The notes: generated by a model not told the origin, from the sequence alone. Positions 42,725-52,491 are shown, counted from the stretch's first letter. The stretch: DNA of 64,000 nt from Gemmatimonadaceae bacterium (GCA_045803975.1 JBJMOA010000194.1:1191-65190); one strand, 5' to 3'. Made by a program: numbers and translations.

Positions 42725-43558
42725 TCAATCCAAGTCGCGGATTCGGCCCTCAAATACCACGCGACCTTCGCCCCGCAGTGACGGTAGCCAAGAGCCGCCC
42801 TCGCGATCGAGACTCACGGTTAATGGGAGCGACGATCTTGTCCAAAGGACCGTCTCCCTGCCTGATTCACCCCAATCGGCGAGCATGATTGCCGCCGCCA
42901 CGGCACCGGTGCCGCAAGCCAAAGTTTCGCCTTCGACGCCTCGCTCGAAAGTCCGGTAGCCAAAGGATCCGTCGGGACGCCTGCCGACGAAGTCGACGTT
43001 GGCTCCATCCGCCAATGCCGGGTGGTGCCGCAGTTCCTGGCCCCGCCCCGTCACGTCGGCAGCCTCGAGCTCGCCGACCTCCACCACCACGTGAGGCACC
43101 CCAACCCTCGCAAATCCAAGGCGGCGCTCTCCTGGCTTCGCGCCGAGCTCCGTTGCATCCGCCCGTACCTCGCGCACCGGTTGGAGGTCGACCTCTGGCA
43201 GATTGTCGCGGATGCGCGCTTTGAGCGGACCGGACGTCGTATGAAGAACAAATCCCCCGGCCTGGGCCAGCCCCAGCTCAGTCGCCAAACGGGTACTGCA
43301 GAGGCTCGCGTTGCCGCACAAGTCCGCCTCGGAGCCGTCGCTATTGTAGTAGCGCATCCGAACGTCCCCCTCCCCGACGCGCTCCAGAAAGACGACGCCG
43401 TCGGCTCCGACTCCGGTGCCACGGGCCGAGATCGCCCTAATGGTCTCGGGATTTTCGAGATGCGCGGCTGCCCCGCCGGTCGAGTCGAAGACGACGAAGT
43501 CATTCCCCGAGCCCGTCATCTTAAAGAAGTGCTGTCCTTCCGCTCGCGGCGCTGACAT
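42725..43558 (-). CDS. dapF: Diaminopimelate epimerase
   Basis: FFKMTGSGNDFVVFD, NSDGSEADLCGN and ACGTGAVAAA (both catalytic Cys). The ATG at 43558 (MSAPRAEG...) abuts the upstream stop. Confidence 0.9.
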   Translation of the reverse strand: MSAPRAEGQHFFKMTGSGNDFVVFDSTGGAAAHLENPETIRAISARGTGVGADGVVFLERVGEGDVRMRYYNSDGSEADLCGNASLCSTRLATELGLAQAGGFVLHTTSGPLKARIRDNLPEVDLQPVREVRADATELGAKPGERRLGFARVGVPHVVVEVGELEAADVTGRGQELRHHPALADGANVDFVGRRPDGSFGYRTFERGVEGETLACGTGAVAAAIMLADWGESGRETVLWTRSSLPLTVSLDREGGSWLPSLRGEGRVVFEGRIRDLD

Positions 43559-44280
43559 CAAACCCTCCCCGTGATGCTCCACCAGCGCAGACGCCAGACC
43601 ATCCAGATCGCCTCGCGCACGATCTTTTTCGACATTTTGCTGATGCCTTCAGTGCGGTCGACGAAAATGATCGGAATCTCGACCAGTCGGAACCCGCGCT
43701 TCCAGACGCGAAAGTGCATTTCGATCTGAAAGGCGTAACCATTGGATTTAACAGCGCTTAGATCAATCGATTCAAGTACATTGCGACGGAAGCACTTGAA
43801 CCCAGCGGTCGTATCGGCGATGGGCAGGCCGGTCACCGCCCGCGCGTAAATATTGGCGGCGTAGCTCAGAAGCAGCCTGCTCATCGGCCAATTCACCACG
43901 TTCACGCGTCCGTTCTGGTACCGTGAGCCGATCACAAGCTCCGCTTCCTTGATGGTGCTGAGGAATTCGGGAAGCGTCTCCGGGTTGTGCGAAAAGTCCG
44001 CGTCCATCTCGAATATCAGGTCATACTTTCGCTCCAGAGCCCAGCGAAATCCGGCAATATAGGCGGTGCCGAGACCCAGCTTCCCTTCGCGGTGGAGAAT
44101 GTGAACGCGCGGATTAGTGGCCGCGATCGCGTCGACGACGCCGCCAGTACCATCGGGAGACGCGTCATCCACGACCAAGACCTCGAGGGACGAGTCCTGG
44201 GCCAGCACCGCCGGAATCAGGCGAGAAATATTAAACCGCTCGTTGTAGGTCGGGACGATGACGACCGCGCGATCAGGCAC
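43558..44280 (-). CDS. Polyprenol-monophosphate hexose synthase-like GT2 (Dpm1/Ppm1 type, soluble)
   Basis: VIVPTYNERFNI...VVDDASPDGTG...FEMDADFSH...GSRY signature of the dolichyl/polyprenyl-phosphate mannose synthase catalytic domain. Confidence 0.8.
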   Translation of the reverse strand: MPDRAVVIVPTYNERFNISRLIPAVLAQDSSLEVLVVDDASPDGTGGVVDAIAATNPRVHILHREGKLGLGTAYIAGFRWALERKYDLIFEMDADFSHNPETLPEFLSTIKEAELVIGSRYQNGRVNVVNWPMSRLLLSYAANIYARAVTGLPIADTTAGFKCFRRNVLESIDLSAVKSNGYAFQIEMHFRVWKRGFRLVEIPIIFVDRTEGISKMSKKIVREAIWMVWRLRWWSITGRV

Positions 44281-46696
44281 GACGTCTCCGGTCGCCGACT
44301 ATCCCCACAACCAGCATCACGATTCCGAGAGCGATCGCAAACCACGTGACGATTTTCCCACGTTGGTACGCTGGGCTCGTAAAGTTCAACTCTACCCTGC
44401 GGGCTCCCGCCGGCAGCTCGACGCCGATGAGAGCAAAATCGGCGCGTCCAATCCGCGCGGGCTTCCCGTCTGCCGTGGCAACCCATCCCGGGTAATAGTT
44501 TTCGGACACTACCAGCGAAGACCCGGCCGGTGCCGGCGAACTCAGCTCGAGGCGTACCCTCCCCGGCTCGTATCGACTCACGGTCGTCGTGAGGGCAAGC
44601 GGGTTCGGAAGCGCCTGTACGCCCTGCACGCTTGATACTTGCGCCGAGGTATCGAAGAGCGCCGCGCGCCTGACATCAAACCTCGGATCCAGTATCGTCG
44701 ACAACACCTGGTCATCGGGCGCTTTTACGGCGATCGGAGTAATCCAGGCGTACGGATTCTCGGCGTTCAATCGATAAAGGTAGATCGAGTCGCCCGACGC
44801 ATTTCGAACTGGCCCCTGGACGCGCTTTGCATTCGCCACGAACGGCAGCTCGGGAATGTTGGTCAGCAGAAACTTCGTATTCGTCAGCTGGAGCGCGTTC
44901 GCCGTAAATATCCGGTTGTCATTCGTGGTAAACCCCGAAAGCTCGTTGTATCGACCGATCTGGTTGCCATGATAGCCCCAGACGTTTCTGATGCGATGCG
45001 TCATTAACGCGTCACCGCCCAGAAATGGATCGGGCGCCGCGGTTCTCTGGATCTGGAATGGAAGCACGCGCGCTGGCTGCGGCTCGCGCTTGAGCGTCTC
45101 GATGATTGCATCGCTCGCGTAAATCACGCGTCCCGGCGACGAGAACATCCAGTAGATGCGCTCCACGCTCCACAGATCGATGGCCATGAGGACGACGACT
45201 GCCCATGCAGCGACGGTGCTCGTGAGCTTCGTACGTGTCGCTGCCAACCACAATCCAAAAGCGAGAAGCACGAATGCAAACGACCGCCACGCCCCGAGAA
45301 ATACATCGGCGCGGTTCGCTTGCACCCTGTCTATCAGTCGCGGATCCGCAAATGTCTCGGCGATACTGGTAAGCGCTCCGACCGAAGCGAGCATTGCGAT
45401 GACGCCACCGCCGATTAACCATCCAACGAGATACTTTCGGGGCACGCGACCAGCCAGAAGACGTTCCGTGCCGGCGCAAGCGAGAATTGCCAGAGCCAGT
45501 GTTCCGATGAAGAAAATCGTTGCTGGGGCCCGGAAGTATTTCGTGCCGGGAACGATCGCGTACGGGATACGATAAAAAGGCGTCGCGCTACCCAGCGACC
45601 AAAGAATCGAAACGACCAGCGCAATCGACCAAAAAATGATCTGCTTTCGGCGGGGATCCGCGCGCAGACCGATATAAGCCGCTCCGGCCAGCATCAGCAC
45701 AACGACCCCCGCGTAATCGCTGTGCAAATGGATGCCGTTGCGTCCCCAGTAGTGATCGAGGATGCCCGAGAATTGCGGCAAATACGCGTTGAGTAATTCC
45801 TCCGGCGGCCACGCGTAGGATGTCGCAGTGGCGTAGTCTGCGAGCCCTCCAGCGCGCGGCGACCACTTCACATATTCGCGCACCGGGAGGTACTGAACCG
45901 CGCCAATCGCGAGTCCCACGATCACCGACCCGAGAGCAAGCCCCAGCCTTCTAATGGCGATAGGGCGAGCGAGCTTGACGCTGTCCAAAGTCGCAAACGC
46001 GAGAAACAACGCATAAGCTCCCGATGCGAGCAGCATGTACTGCAGCAATTGTGGGTGCGGGCTGAGGACGCAAAGCCCGACGATGAGCGCGAACGCTCCC
46101 CAGCTCCAATTCTTTCCGCCACGAATCCCACGGTGCAGCATCAAGAGCGCGAGCGGAAACAGCGCACTGACGAACAGCTTGCCATCATGCCCGGGCGAGA
46201 CCGATGAGGCGATTTGGCCGCTCATCATGTACGCGAGCCCACCAACAAGCGACCCAAAGAAACCGTAGCCGAGGCCGCGCAGAAACACGTATGTGAAAAG
46301 ACCGGCCAGGAAGATGTGAATGATGAACCCCCACGTCATCGCCACATCGGTGGGCAGGAACATTCTCAGAAGGAACGTCGGGTAGAAAATGTCACCGTGC
46401 ATGGCAGCGACGTATGGCATCCCGCCAAAGAGGTACGGGTTCCAGAGCGGGAAATGTCCAATCGTCTTTAGTGTCGTCGCGGCGAATTCTCTGAACGCGT
46501 ACCCCGCTACGTACTGATCGCTGTGAGGGTTGACCAGGAATTTTCCCGCCAGCGCGGGATAACCGAGCGACATTGTGCCGATTGCATAGACGAGCGCGGC
46601 CCAGGCCAATGCGAAGCGCGGCGCTGGAGGCGCCGCGGGTTCGATTGCGGAATTGGCACTTGCTCTCGTCGGGGATTTCGCGCGATGCTGAGCCAT
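44273..46696 (-). CDS. Large polytopic membrane protein, YfhO-like / GT-C-type putative periplasmic glycosyltransferase
   Basis: About 800 aa. More than 10 N-terminal and central TM segments, HFPLWNPYLFGGMPYVAAMHGDIFYP loop, large soluble C-terminal domain and a final TM. The ORF is open to 46780, but the ATG at 46696 avoids a 79-nt overlap. The family call was made by eye. Confidence 0.6.
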   Translation of the reverse strand: MAQHRAKSPTRASANSAIEPAAPPAPRFALAWAALVYAIGTMSLGYPALAGKFLVNPHSDQYVAGYAFREFAATTLKTIGHFPLWNPYLFGGMPYVAAMHGDIFYPTFLLRMFLPTDVAMTWGFIIHIFLAGLFTYVFLRGLGYGFFGSLVGGLAYMMSGQIASSVSPGHDGKLFVSALFPLALLMLHRGIRGGKNWSWGAFALIVGLCVLSPHPQLLQYMLLASGAYALFLAFATLDSVKLARPIAIRRLGLALGSVIVGLAIGAVQYLPVREYVKWSPRAGGLADYATATSYAWPPEELLNAYLPQFSGILDHYWGRNGIHLHSDYAGVVVLMLAGAAYIGLRADPRRKQIIFWSIALVVSILWSLGSATPFYRIPYAIVPGTKYFRAPATIFFIGTLALAILACAGTERLLAGRVPRKYLVGWLIGGGVIAMLASVGALTSIAETFADPRLIDRVQANRADVFLGAWRSFAFVLLAFGLWLAATRTKLTSTVAAWAVVVLMAIDLWSVERIYWMFSSPGRVIYASDAIIETLKREPQPARVLPFQIQRTAAPDPFLGGDALMTHRIRNVWGYHGNQIGRYNELSGFTTNDNRIFTANALQLTNTKFLLTNIPELPFVANAKRVQGPVRNASGDSIYLYRLNAENPYAWITPIAVKAPDDQVLSTILDPRFDVRRAALFDTSAQVSSVQGVQALPNPLALTTTVSRYEPGRVRLELSSPAPAGSSLVVSENYYPGWVATADGKPARIGRADFALIGVELPAGARRVELNFTSPAYQRGKIVTWFAIALGIVMLVVGIVGDRRRRA

Positions 46697-46701
46697 TTCG
46701 A

Positions 46702-47631
46702 TCAGTTCGGTAGAGACTTTCTCGTTGCGCCCGCGGCAATATACAATCCACTCGGCACCAGCTCGACGATGGTCAGCCACAAGCGCGCTGACAATGCTAC
46801 GAGCGCCGCGTCAGCTTCGTTGGCCAGGCCGAGCTGCGTCATGAACGCGGCGAGCGTGAATTCTCTGACGCCGAGGCCTGCCGGGGCAATTGGGGAAATG
46901 AAACCCAGGATGTAAGCGGCCGTGTAAACTGCGATGTAGGATGACATTTCGCCAGGCGCTGCGCCCAGCAGACCGCGCACGAACAGTTGGAAGCCGACCC
47001 CGTAAAACAACCACGATGCGGCACTCGCGACAGCGGCGGTCCAAATGCTCGACGGCGGAACCGAAGGAGGAATGATGTCGCGCCCGATGAGCGAACCCGC
47101 CCATCGTGCTAGCGGAGGCAGGAAGCGTGGCGCGCTGAACAACAGCGCGACGAGCAACACCACCGCGGCGCCGACAAGGATGGGCTCGCCAAGAAGCTTG
47201 GCGCCCGTGACCATGACGATCGCGGTGCCGGTTGCCAAGCTTACCGTCTGCATGATCACCGACGAACCCGCGGCGGCAATTCCAGAGAGGCCGCGCCGCC
47301 GCGCCATTACGCCCATCGTTGTCAGCGACCAGATATTTCCAGGAACGTACTTGCCAAGATTCGAGAGAAACCAGATGCGCGCCGCGTCGAGGAAAGGAAG
47401 GTCTGAGTCCCACGCGACTAGAATCAGGCGCCAGCCCGCGATCAAGACTGTGTAGGTGATGAGGACCAACAGTGTTGCGAGGGCGATCCATTCCCACTGC
47501 AGGTGGACGTGGGTGAGCCGTGAGCCGACGCGGTTCCACTGGCCGGACAGCGAACGCGCCGCGAAGAAAAGCACGGCCGCGGCGAAAATCCACTGCGCAA
47601 CCCTGAATAGGCTACGACGCTTTGGCGCCAA
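46702..47631 (-). CDS. UPF0104 / lysyl-PG-synthase-TM-like 'flippase-like' membrane protein
   Basis: About 8 TM segments, with WRLILVAW...FLSNLGKYVPGNIW...GLGVRE pattern. Confidence 0.65.
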   Translation of the reverse strand: MAPKRRSLFRVAQWIFAAAVLFFAARSLSGQWNRVGSRLTHVHLQWEWIALATLLVLITYTVLIAGWRLILVAWDSDLPFLDAARIWFLSNLGKYVPGNIWSLTTMGVMARRRGLSGIAAAGSSVIMQTVSLATGTAIVMVTGAKLLGEPILVGAAVVLLVALLFSAPRFLPPLARWAGSLIGRDIIPPSVPPSSIWTAAVASAASWLFYGVGFQLFVRGLLGAAPGEMSSYIAVYTAAYILGFISPIAPAGLGVREFTLAAFMTQLGLANEADAALVALSARLWLTIVELVPSGLYIAAGATRKSLPN

Positions 47632-48778
47632 CTACCTGTCGGTAGATCTCTGCGTAGCGGCGCGCCGCTGATTCCGGCGCGAATGCAGAGAGTGCGTAGA
47701 GCCGCCCTGCCCTGCCCAGGTCTCGGCCTTTTTCGTCGCGCGTCAACAAATCATCGAGTGCTCGAGCGAGCGCGGCCCGATCGCCGGCTTTGACCAGGAG
47801 CCCCGTCTTCTCGTTCTGTACCACGTCGCGCAAGCCGCCCGAATCGAACGCGACAACCGGAGTTTCGCAGAGGAGCGATTCCACCGCGACCAGTCCGAGT
47901 CCCTCGTCGACCGACGGCAGAACCACGGCTGATGCCTGCTGATAGAACGCTGGAAGCCTGGACTGCGAAAGGTTTCCATGCCACTGAATGCGCGGCCCTA
48001 AGCCAAGCTCCTGCGCGAGCCGCTTCAGAGCATCGCGGTTCGGGCCGTCACCCACGACGTCGAGCGTCGCGGGCGTCTTCATCAAGGACATCGCGTGCAG
48101 AATGTGCGAAACGCCTTTTTGATCAGACAGCCGGCCGACGAAGAGAAGGCGCTGGCCGTCGCGGGAGGCGCCGGGGGCGAACAGGTTCGTGGCAACAGGC
48201 ATCGGCGCAACCGTCGGGTGCACATCCGACACGAGCGCTTCAGTCTCTTCTTTCAACCACCGCGACACTGTGGTGACGGCCGCCGAGTGCTTTAGCACGT
48301 GCCCGAACAACGGCTTGGCGACCCCGACAGTGCGTACCAGACGTACGTCGGTTCCGTGAAGCGTGGTGACGAGTGGAATGTGCGCGAGGCCACCGACCCA
48401 CGTGCCGACTACGCCATTCGGAAACCACCAGTGCGCGTGCACGACGGCGGGCTCAAAACTTCGTCTGGCGCGAACGGCGTGAAGGAAGTCGGAGCCCAGA
48501 AACCCAACGAGGGCGAGCTTCGCGGTCCACGACGACGCGACATCGTTCGCCATGTTCCCCGTGTAGGCGAGCGATTCGTAACGCCGGGGGGCGTAGCGAA
48601 ACCGCTCGACACTGATGCCCTCGATCTCGTCCGCCGCTGATAGTCCAGGACCAGCGGGCGCGACGACGCGAACGGTGACGTTCTCGGCACGCAGTGCGAC
48701 GGCCAGGCGCAGGATGAACGAGCCCGCCGCATCTCCTTCCGCCCGCGGGAACGAGTGCGTGAGGAACAGTACGTTCAT
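47612..48778 (-). CDS. Family 4 (GT-B) glycosyltransferase
   Basis: N-terminus MNVLFLTHSFPR..GDAAGSF. C-terminal EX7E region PSVDEGLGLVAVESLLCETPVVAFDSGGL. Confidence 0.85.
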   Translation of the reverse strand: MNVLFLTHSFPRAEGDAAGSFILRLAVALRAENVTVRVVAPAGPGLSAADEIEGISVERFRYAPRRYESLAYTGNMANDVASSWTAKLALVGFLGSDFLHAVRARRSFEPAVVHAHWWFPNGVVGTWVGGLAHIPLVTTLHGTDVRLVRTVGVAKPLFGHVLKHSAAVTTVSRWLKEETEALVSDVHPTVAPMPVATNLFAPGASRDGQRLLFVGRLSDQKGVSHILHAMSLMKTPATLDVVGDGPNRDALKRLAQELGLGPRIQWHGNLSQSRLPAFYQQASAVVLPSVDEGLGLVAVESLLCETPVVAFDSGGLRDVVQNEKTGLLVKAGDRAALARALDDLLTRDEKGRDLGRAGRLYALSAFAPESAARRYAEIYRQVVGAKAS

Positions 48779-48782
48779 TCGA

Positions 48783-49802
48783 TCAGGTGTCGCTTGTCGT
48801 GTCGCGTTCCCGCGAAAGATCTTCTACCCGCGCGCGCAGCTGACTCAATTCGGCGCGCTGCGCAGCAATGAGCTCACCGAGGAGCCCGGTTGCAAAGAAT
48901 ACGCTGCCGACCGTCACGCAGGTTTCGACGAGATTCACCAGTGGCCGGAACCCAACGCCGCCGATCACCCGCCACAGGATCGCGACGATGCCGACGATTA
49001 CACCGACGATGAAAAGTGCTGCCCCAAGAACTCCGAACAGCAGAAGAGGTTTGCGCGCGAACCGCAGCTCGAACCACACAGCGAGCATGTCGAGCACCCC
49101 AACCGGAATGCGACCGATACCGAACTTCGACTCACCCGCGTTACGCGCATACAGGGGCACGGGTACCTCCGACACAGAAAAACCGTCTGCCGCGGCCATG
49201 ACTACCATGTAGCGATGCCAATCCGGTCGATTGGGCAATGCGTCCATCACTTCGCGGCGGTAGGCCTTCACCGAATTGAGATCCCGCACACCGACCTTAA
49301 AGAGCGAACGGCTCAAACCGTTGTAGATGTTGGAAACGAATGCCTTCTCGTACTTTCGGCCTTCCTTGTAACCGGTGACGATATCGGATTCCCCGGCCAA
49401 AATCGGCGCCACGAGTCGGGGAATATCTTCAGGTTTGTATTGCAGATCCGCGGGGTAAAAAACCAGGACGTCGCCGCGCGAATGCAGGTAGCCGGTACGC
49501 AAGGCGTCTGCAATACCTCGCCGAGCGCCGTGGCGCACTGGTTTGAGAAACGGATACTCGGCCGCGAGACGCTGCAGGACGTTCCAGGAGTCATCGACGG
49601 ATCCGTCATCGATGACCACAACTTCGTAGCGATGGGGCGATGCCGCGAACACCGCCCGTGCCTGCTCCATGAACAGGGGAAGGTTCTCCGCCTCGTCTTT
49701 GGCGGGGACAAGTACACTGACGTTGGGACGACCGGTCGCGGGCTGAAGCGCACTGCCGCTCTTGAAGCGCTGCGCCGCGTCAGCCTGCGGAGCCGACGTC
49801 AT
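48783..49802 (-). CDS. Membrane-anchored GT2, GtrB/ArnC-like polyisoprenyl-phosphate glycosyltransferase
   Basis: VSVLVPAKDEAENL...VIDDGSVDDS...YPADLQY catalytic domain followed by two C-terminal TM helices. The ATG overlaps the rpoN stop (ATGA). Confidence 0.8.
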   Translation of the reverse strand: MTSAPQADAAQRFKSGSALQPATGRPNVSVLVPAKDEAENLPLFMEQARAVFAASPHRYEVVVIDDGSVDDSWNVLQRLAAEYPFLKPVRHGARRGIADALRTGYLHSRGDVLVFYPADLQYKPEDIPRLVAPILAGESDIVTGYKEGRKYEKAFVSNIYNGLSRSLFKVGVRDLNSVKAYRREVMDALPNRPDWHRYMVVMAAADGFSVSEVPVPLYARNAGESKFGIGRIPVGVLDMLAVWFELRFARKPLLLFGVLGAALFIVGVIVGIVAILWRVIGGVGFRPLVNLVETCVTVGSVFFATGLLGELIAAQRAELSQLRARVEDLSRERDTTSDT

Positions 49803-51265
49803 ACGCGCTTGCGCATCCGTGCCGAGAGAACGCCGAGCTGGTCGCGGTACTTCGCGACAGTGCGGCGGGCGATCTGCACCCCGCTCTCACGCAGGATGTT
49901 GACGATGGCCTGATCGGTGAGCGGGTGCTTCGGATCTTCTTCCTGAACCAGTTTCTGCAGCTGCGCCTTGATGCCGCGTGCCGAGACGTCCTCGCCGTCC
50001 GACGTCGCCAGACCCGACGAGAAAAAGAACTTCAACGGCAGCACGCCACGCGGTGTCTGCACGAACTTCTCGTTCGTAACACGGCTCACGGTGGACTCGT
50101 GCATGTTGATCACCTCGGCGACCTCACGGAGCGTGAGGGGCTTGAGGTGCTGGATTCCTTTCTCGAAGAAATCACGCTGCCGTTCGACGATGTAGTTCAT
50201 CACCTTGAGCATCGTCTGGCGTCGCTGCTCGATCGCCTGGATCATCCAGTTCGCCGAATTCAGCTTGTTGGAGATGAATTCCTTGTTCTCGCCGTCGAAC
50301 TTCTTTTTGTCGCGGGCGATCTCCTGGTAGGCGCGGCTCAATTTGAGCCGCGGAAGGTTCGCGTCGTTCAGGAAAACGTGGTACCGGTCGTCGATCTTTT
50401 CGACGATGAGGTCCGGAATGATGTAGTTGTCGTCCCTTGAGCCGTACTGCAGGCCTGGCTTCGGATCGAGCTTGGCGATCTCGTCCGCCGCCTTTTGCAC
50501 ATCAGTGGCGCTGATTCCAAAGCGCTTGGAGATCTCGCTCCAGCGATGGTTGATCAACTCCTCGAAGCAATCGCGCACCAGCCGGTAAGGGACCGACTGT
50601 TCGAGGCCGGACTCCCGCAGCTGCAGTAGTAGACATTCGCGGAGGTCCTGCGCGCCGACCCCTGGCGGGTCGAGGCTTTGCACCGTCGCCAGCATCTTCT
50701 GCCCTTCTTCCATCGTGTAGAGCGGAAGATCCTCGGTGTCGCGCCCCGCCTCCTCGGCGGCTTTCGTGACAACATCGTTGAGGGTGCGAATGATATCCTC
50801 AACCCCGCAAGCGAGATAGCCATCGTCGTTGACGTTGCCAATGAATTCATCGGCGAGGAGCGTCTCGCGCGGCGTCAGCTCGAGGAGGCTCACCTGGTCA
50901 CGCAAATGGTCGCTGAGATCTCTCGTCGCGACCGTGACCGGCTCGAAATATTCGCGCTCCTCGTGCTCCTCGCGTCTGCCCCCTGCGGTGTCGAAGCCGT
51001 CGAGAAGGATTTCTTCCCAATCGATCTCGCCGGACCGCTCGTCCTCCGCTTCAGCCTGCGTCGGCTCGACCTCGGTTTCCTGCTCCTCCTCTTCGTCCTC
51101 CTCTGCCTCGACGAGATCGAGGAAAGGATTGTTCAATAGCTCCTGCTTGAGATGTTGCTGGAGGTCGAGAAGCGGCATGTACAAAAGATCCATCGCCTGA
51201 TAAAGGCGTGGATTTATCTTGAGCTCCTGACGGAGCTGGGTCGACTGGTTGAGTCCCGGCTTCAC
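49799..51265 (-). CDS. rpoN: RNA polymerase sigma-54 factor
   Basis: N-terminal Gln/Leu region I, acidic region II, HTH, and the RpoN box ARRTVAKYR. Confidence 0.95.
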   Translation of the reverse strand: MKPGLNQSTQLRQELKINPRLYQAMDLLYMPLLDLQQHLKQELLNNPFLDLVEAEEDEEEEQETEVEPTQAEAEDERSGEIDWEEILLDGFDTAGGRREEHEEREYFEPVTVATRDLSDHLRDQVSLLELTPRETLLADEFIGNVNDDGYLACGVEDIIRTLNDVVTKAAEEAGRDTEDLPLYTMEEGQKMLATVQSLDPPGVGAQDLRECLLLQLRESGLEQSVPYRLVRDCFEELINHRWSEISKRFGISATDVQKAADEIAKLDPKPGLQYGSRDDNYIIPDLIVEKIDDRYHVFLNDANLPRLKLSRAYQEIARDKKKFDGENKEFISNKLNSANWMIQAIEQRRQTMLKVMNYIVERQRDFFEKGIQHLKPLTLREVAEVINMHESTVSRVTNEKFVQTPRGVLPLKFFFSSGLATSDGEDVSARGIKAQLQKLVQEEDPKHPLTDQAIVNILRESGVQIARRTVAKYRDQLGVLSARMRKRV

Positions 51266-52491
51266 GGCGCGCCAACCCCCACGCCTAAAGTGCTCCGGGA
51301 AAACCGCTCGCGCAGTCGTGCCGCTAGTGTCGGTCCAAGATACATATCTGCCACGGTGTCATCGAAAACGAGGTCCCGGACGGTTCCGGAGACCTGTACC
51401 TGACCATCGAACATAATGTAAGCGCGGTCAACAATGTCGAGTGTCTGTTCCACGTTGTGATCGCTGATTAGTACACCAATTCCACGGTGCCGCAGCCCGG
51501 CAACGATAGTCTGGATGTCGTGAACGGCGATTGGGTCGACCCCCGCGAAAGGCTCGTCGAGCATCATGAATTTGGGCGCCGAAACGAGGGCTCGCGTGAT
51601 TTCGAGGCGGCGCCTTTCGCCTCCGGAAAGAGCGTACGCCTTGCTCTTGCGAAGCCGTTTGATACTTAGCTCATCGAGCAGCTTTTCGAGCCGCTCCGAG
51701 CGCTCGGCGGACGAGATCGGCAAGGTCTCGAGAATCGCCATGATATTGTCCTCGACCGACAGCTTCCTGAAGATCGAAGGCTCCTGTGAAAGATAACCAA
51801 TTCCACGGCGCGCCCGTTCGTACATCGGAAGCTTTGTGATCTCATCTCCGTCGAGAACAATGCGGCCCGAGAGCGGCTGAATGAGCCCTACGATCATATA
51901 GAACGTGGTGGTCTTTCCAGCGCCGTTGGGGCCGAGGAGGCCGACTATCTCGCCCTGTTGGAGACGGAGCGCGACGTCGTTTACGACCTTTCGCCCGCGG
52001 TAAATCTTGGTAAGTCCGTGTGCCTCGAGGACGCTACCCTTGACGACGGCGGGCCGCGATGGAGTCGAGAGTGAGAGACGCGAATGCTCACCCGTCATCC
52101 GCATCACTTCGGCGAACTCCGTACGCCTTGGCACAATGTCCTTCCACAGAGCGGGCGACACGCGCACGGTCGCGGCGTCTCCTTCGAGATTCCCGTCCAG
52201 TGGCAGAAGCACCCCACGCTCGGCGAGCCTGGGCAGAATCGACGTCGTGAGATAGGCGCGAACCTCGTCCTGGCCAAGGCGACCCGCCTCCCGCTCGGCG
52301 TCGGCGCCCTTTACTCGCAATGTGCGCAGATAATCGTCCCGGTAATTGGCTGCGACATCACGAACGCGCGCAGCGCCAGCATCATCGGCGGCGCGCATGA
52401 TCGCGTCGAGTGCAAGGCCATCGAGCTGATCCTGCGAAGAGCTGCCGATCAGAGCTCGGATGCTCTCGGGAAGCTGCGATTCGTCGGTCAT
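51262..52491 (-). CDS. lptB: LPS export ABC transporter ATP-binding protein LptB with a ~155-aa N-terminal extension
   Basis: The C-terminal 250 aa carry GPNGAGKTT, LSGGERRRLEITRAL, MLDEPFAGVDP and the LptB-type tail. The ORF is open from ATG 52491, which overlaps the upstream stop (ATGA). Confidence 0.85.
   Translation of the reverse strand: MTDESQLPESIRALIGSSSQDQLDGLALDAIMRAADDAGAARVRDVAANYRDDYLRTLRVKGADAEREAGRLGQDEVRAYLTTSILPRLAERGVLLPLDGNLEGDAATVRVSPALWKDIVPRRTEFAEVMRMTGEHSRLSLSTPSRPAVVKGSVLEAHGLTKIYRGRKVVNDVALRLQQGEIVGLLGPNGAGKTTTFYMIVGLIQPLSGRIVLDGDEITKLPMYERARRGIGYLSQEPSIFRKLSVEDNIMAILETLPISSAERSERLEKLLDELSIKRLRKSKAYALSGGERRRLEITRALVSAPKFMMLDEPFAGVDPIAVHDIQTIVAGLRHRGIGVLISDHNVEQTLDIVDRAYIMFDGQVQVSGTVRDLVFDDTVADMYLGPTLAARLRERFSRSTLGVGVGAP

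Noticed and set aside
48615-49913. 432-aa ORF on the plus strand spanning the GT4/GT2/rpoN region
   Set aside because: It is antisense to three well-supported minus-strand genes, has a low-complexity composition, and has no start context or motifs.
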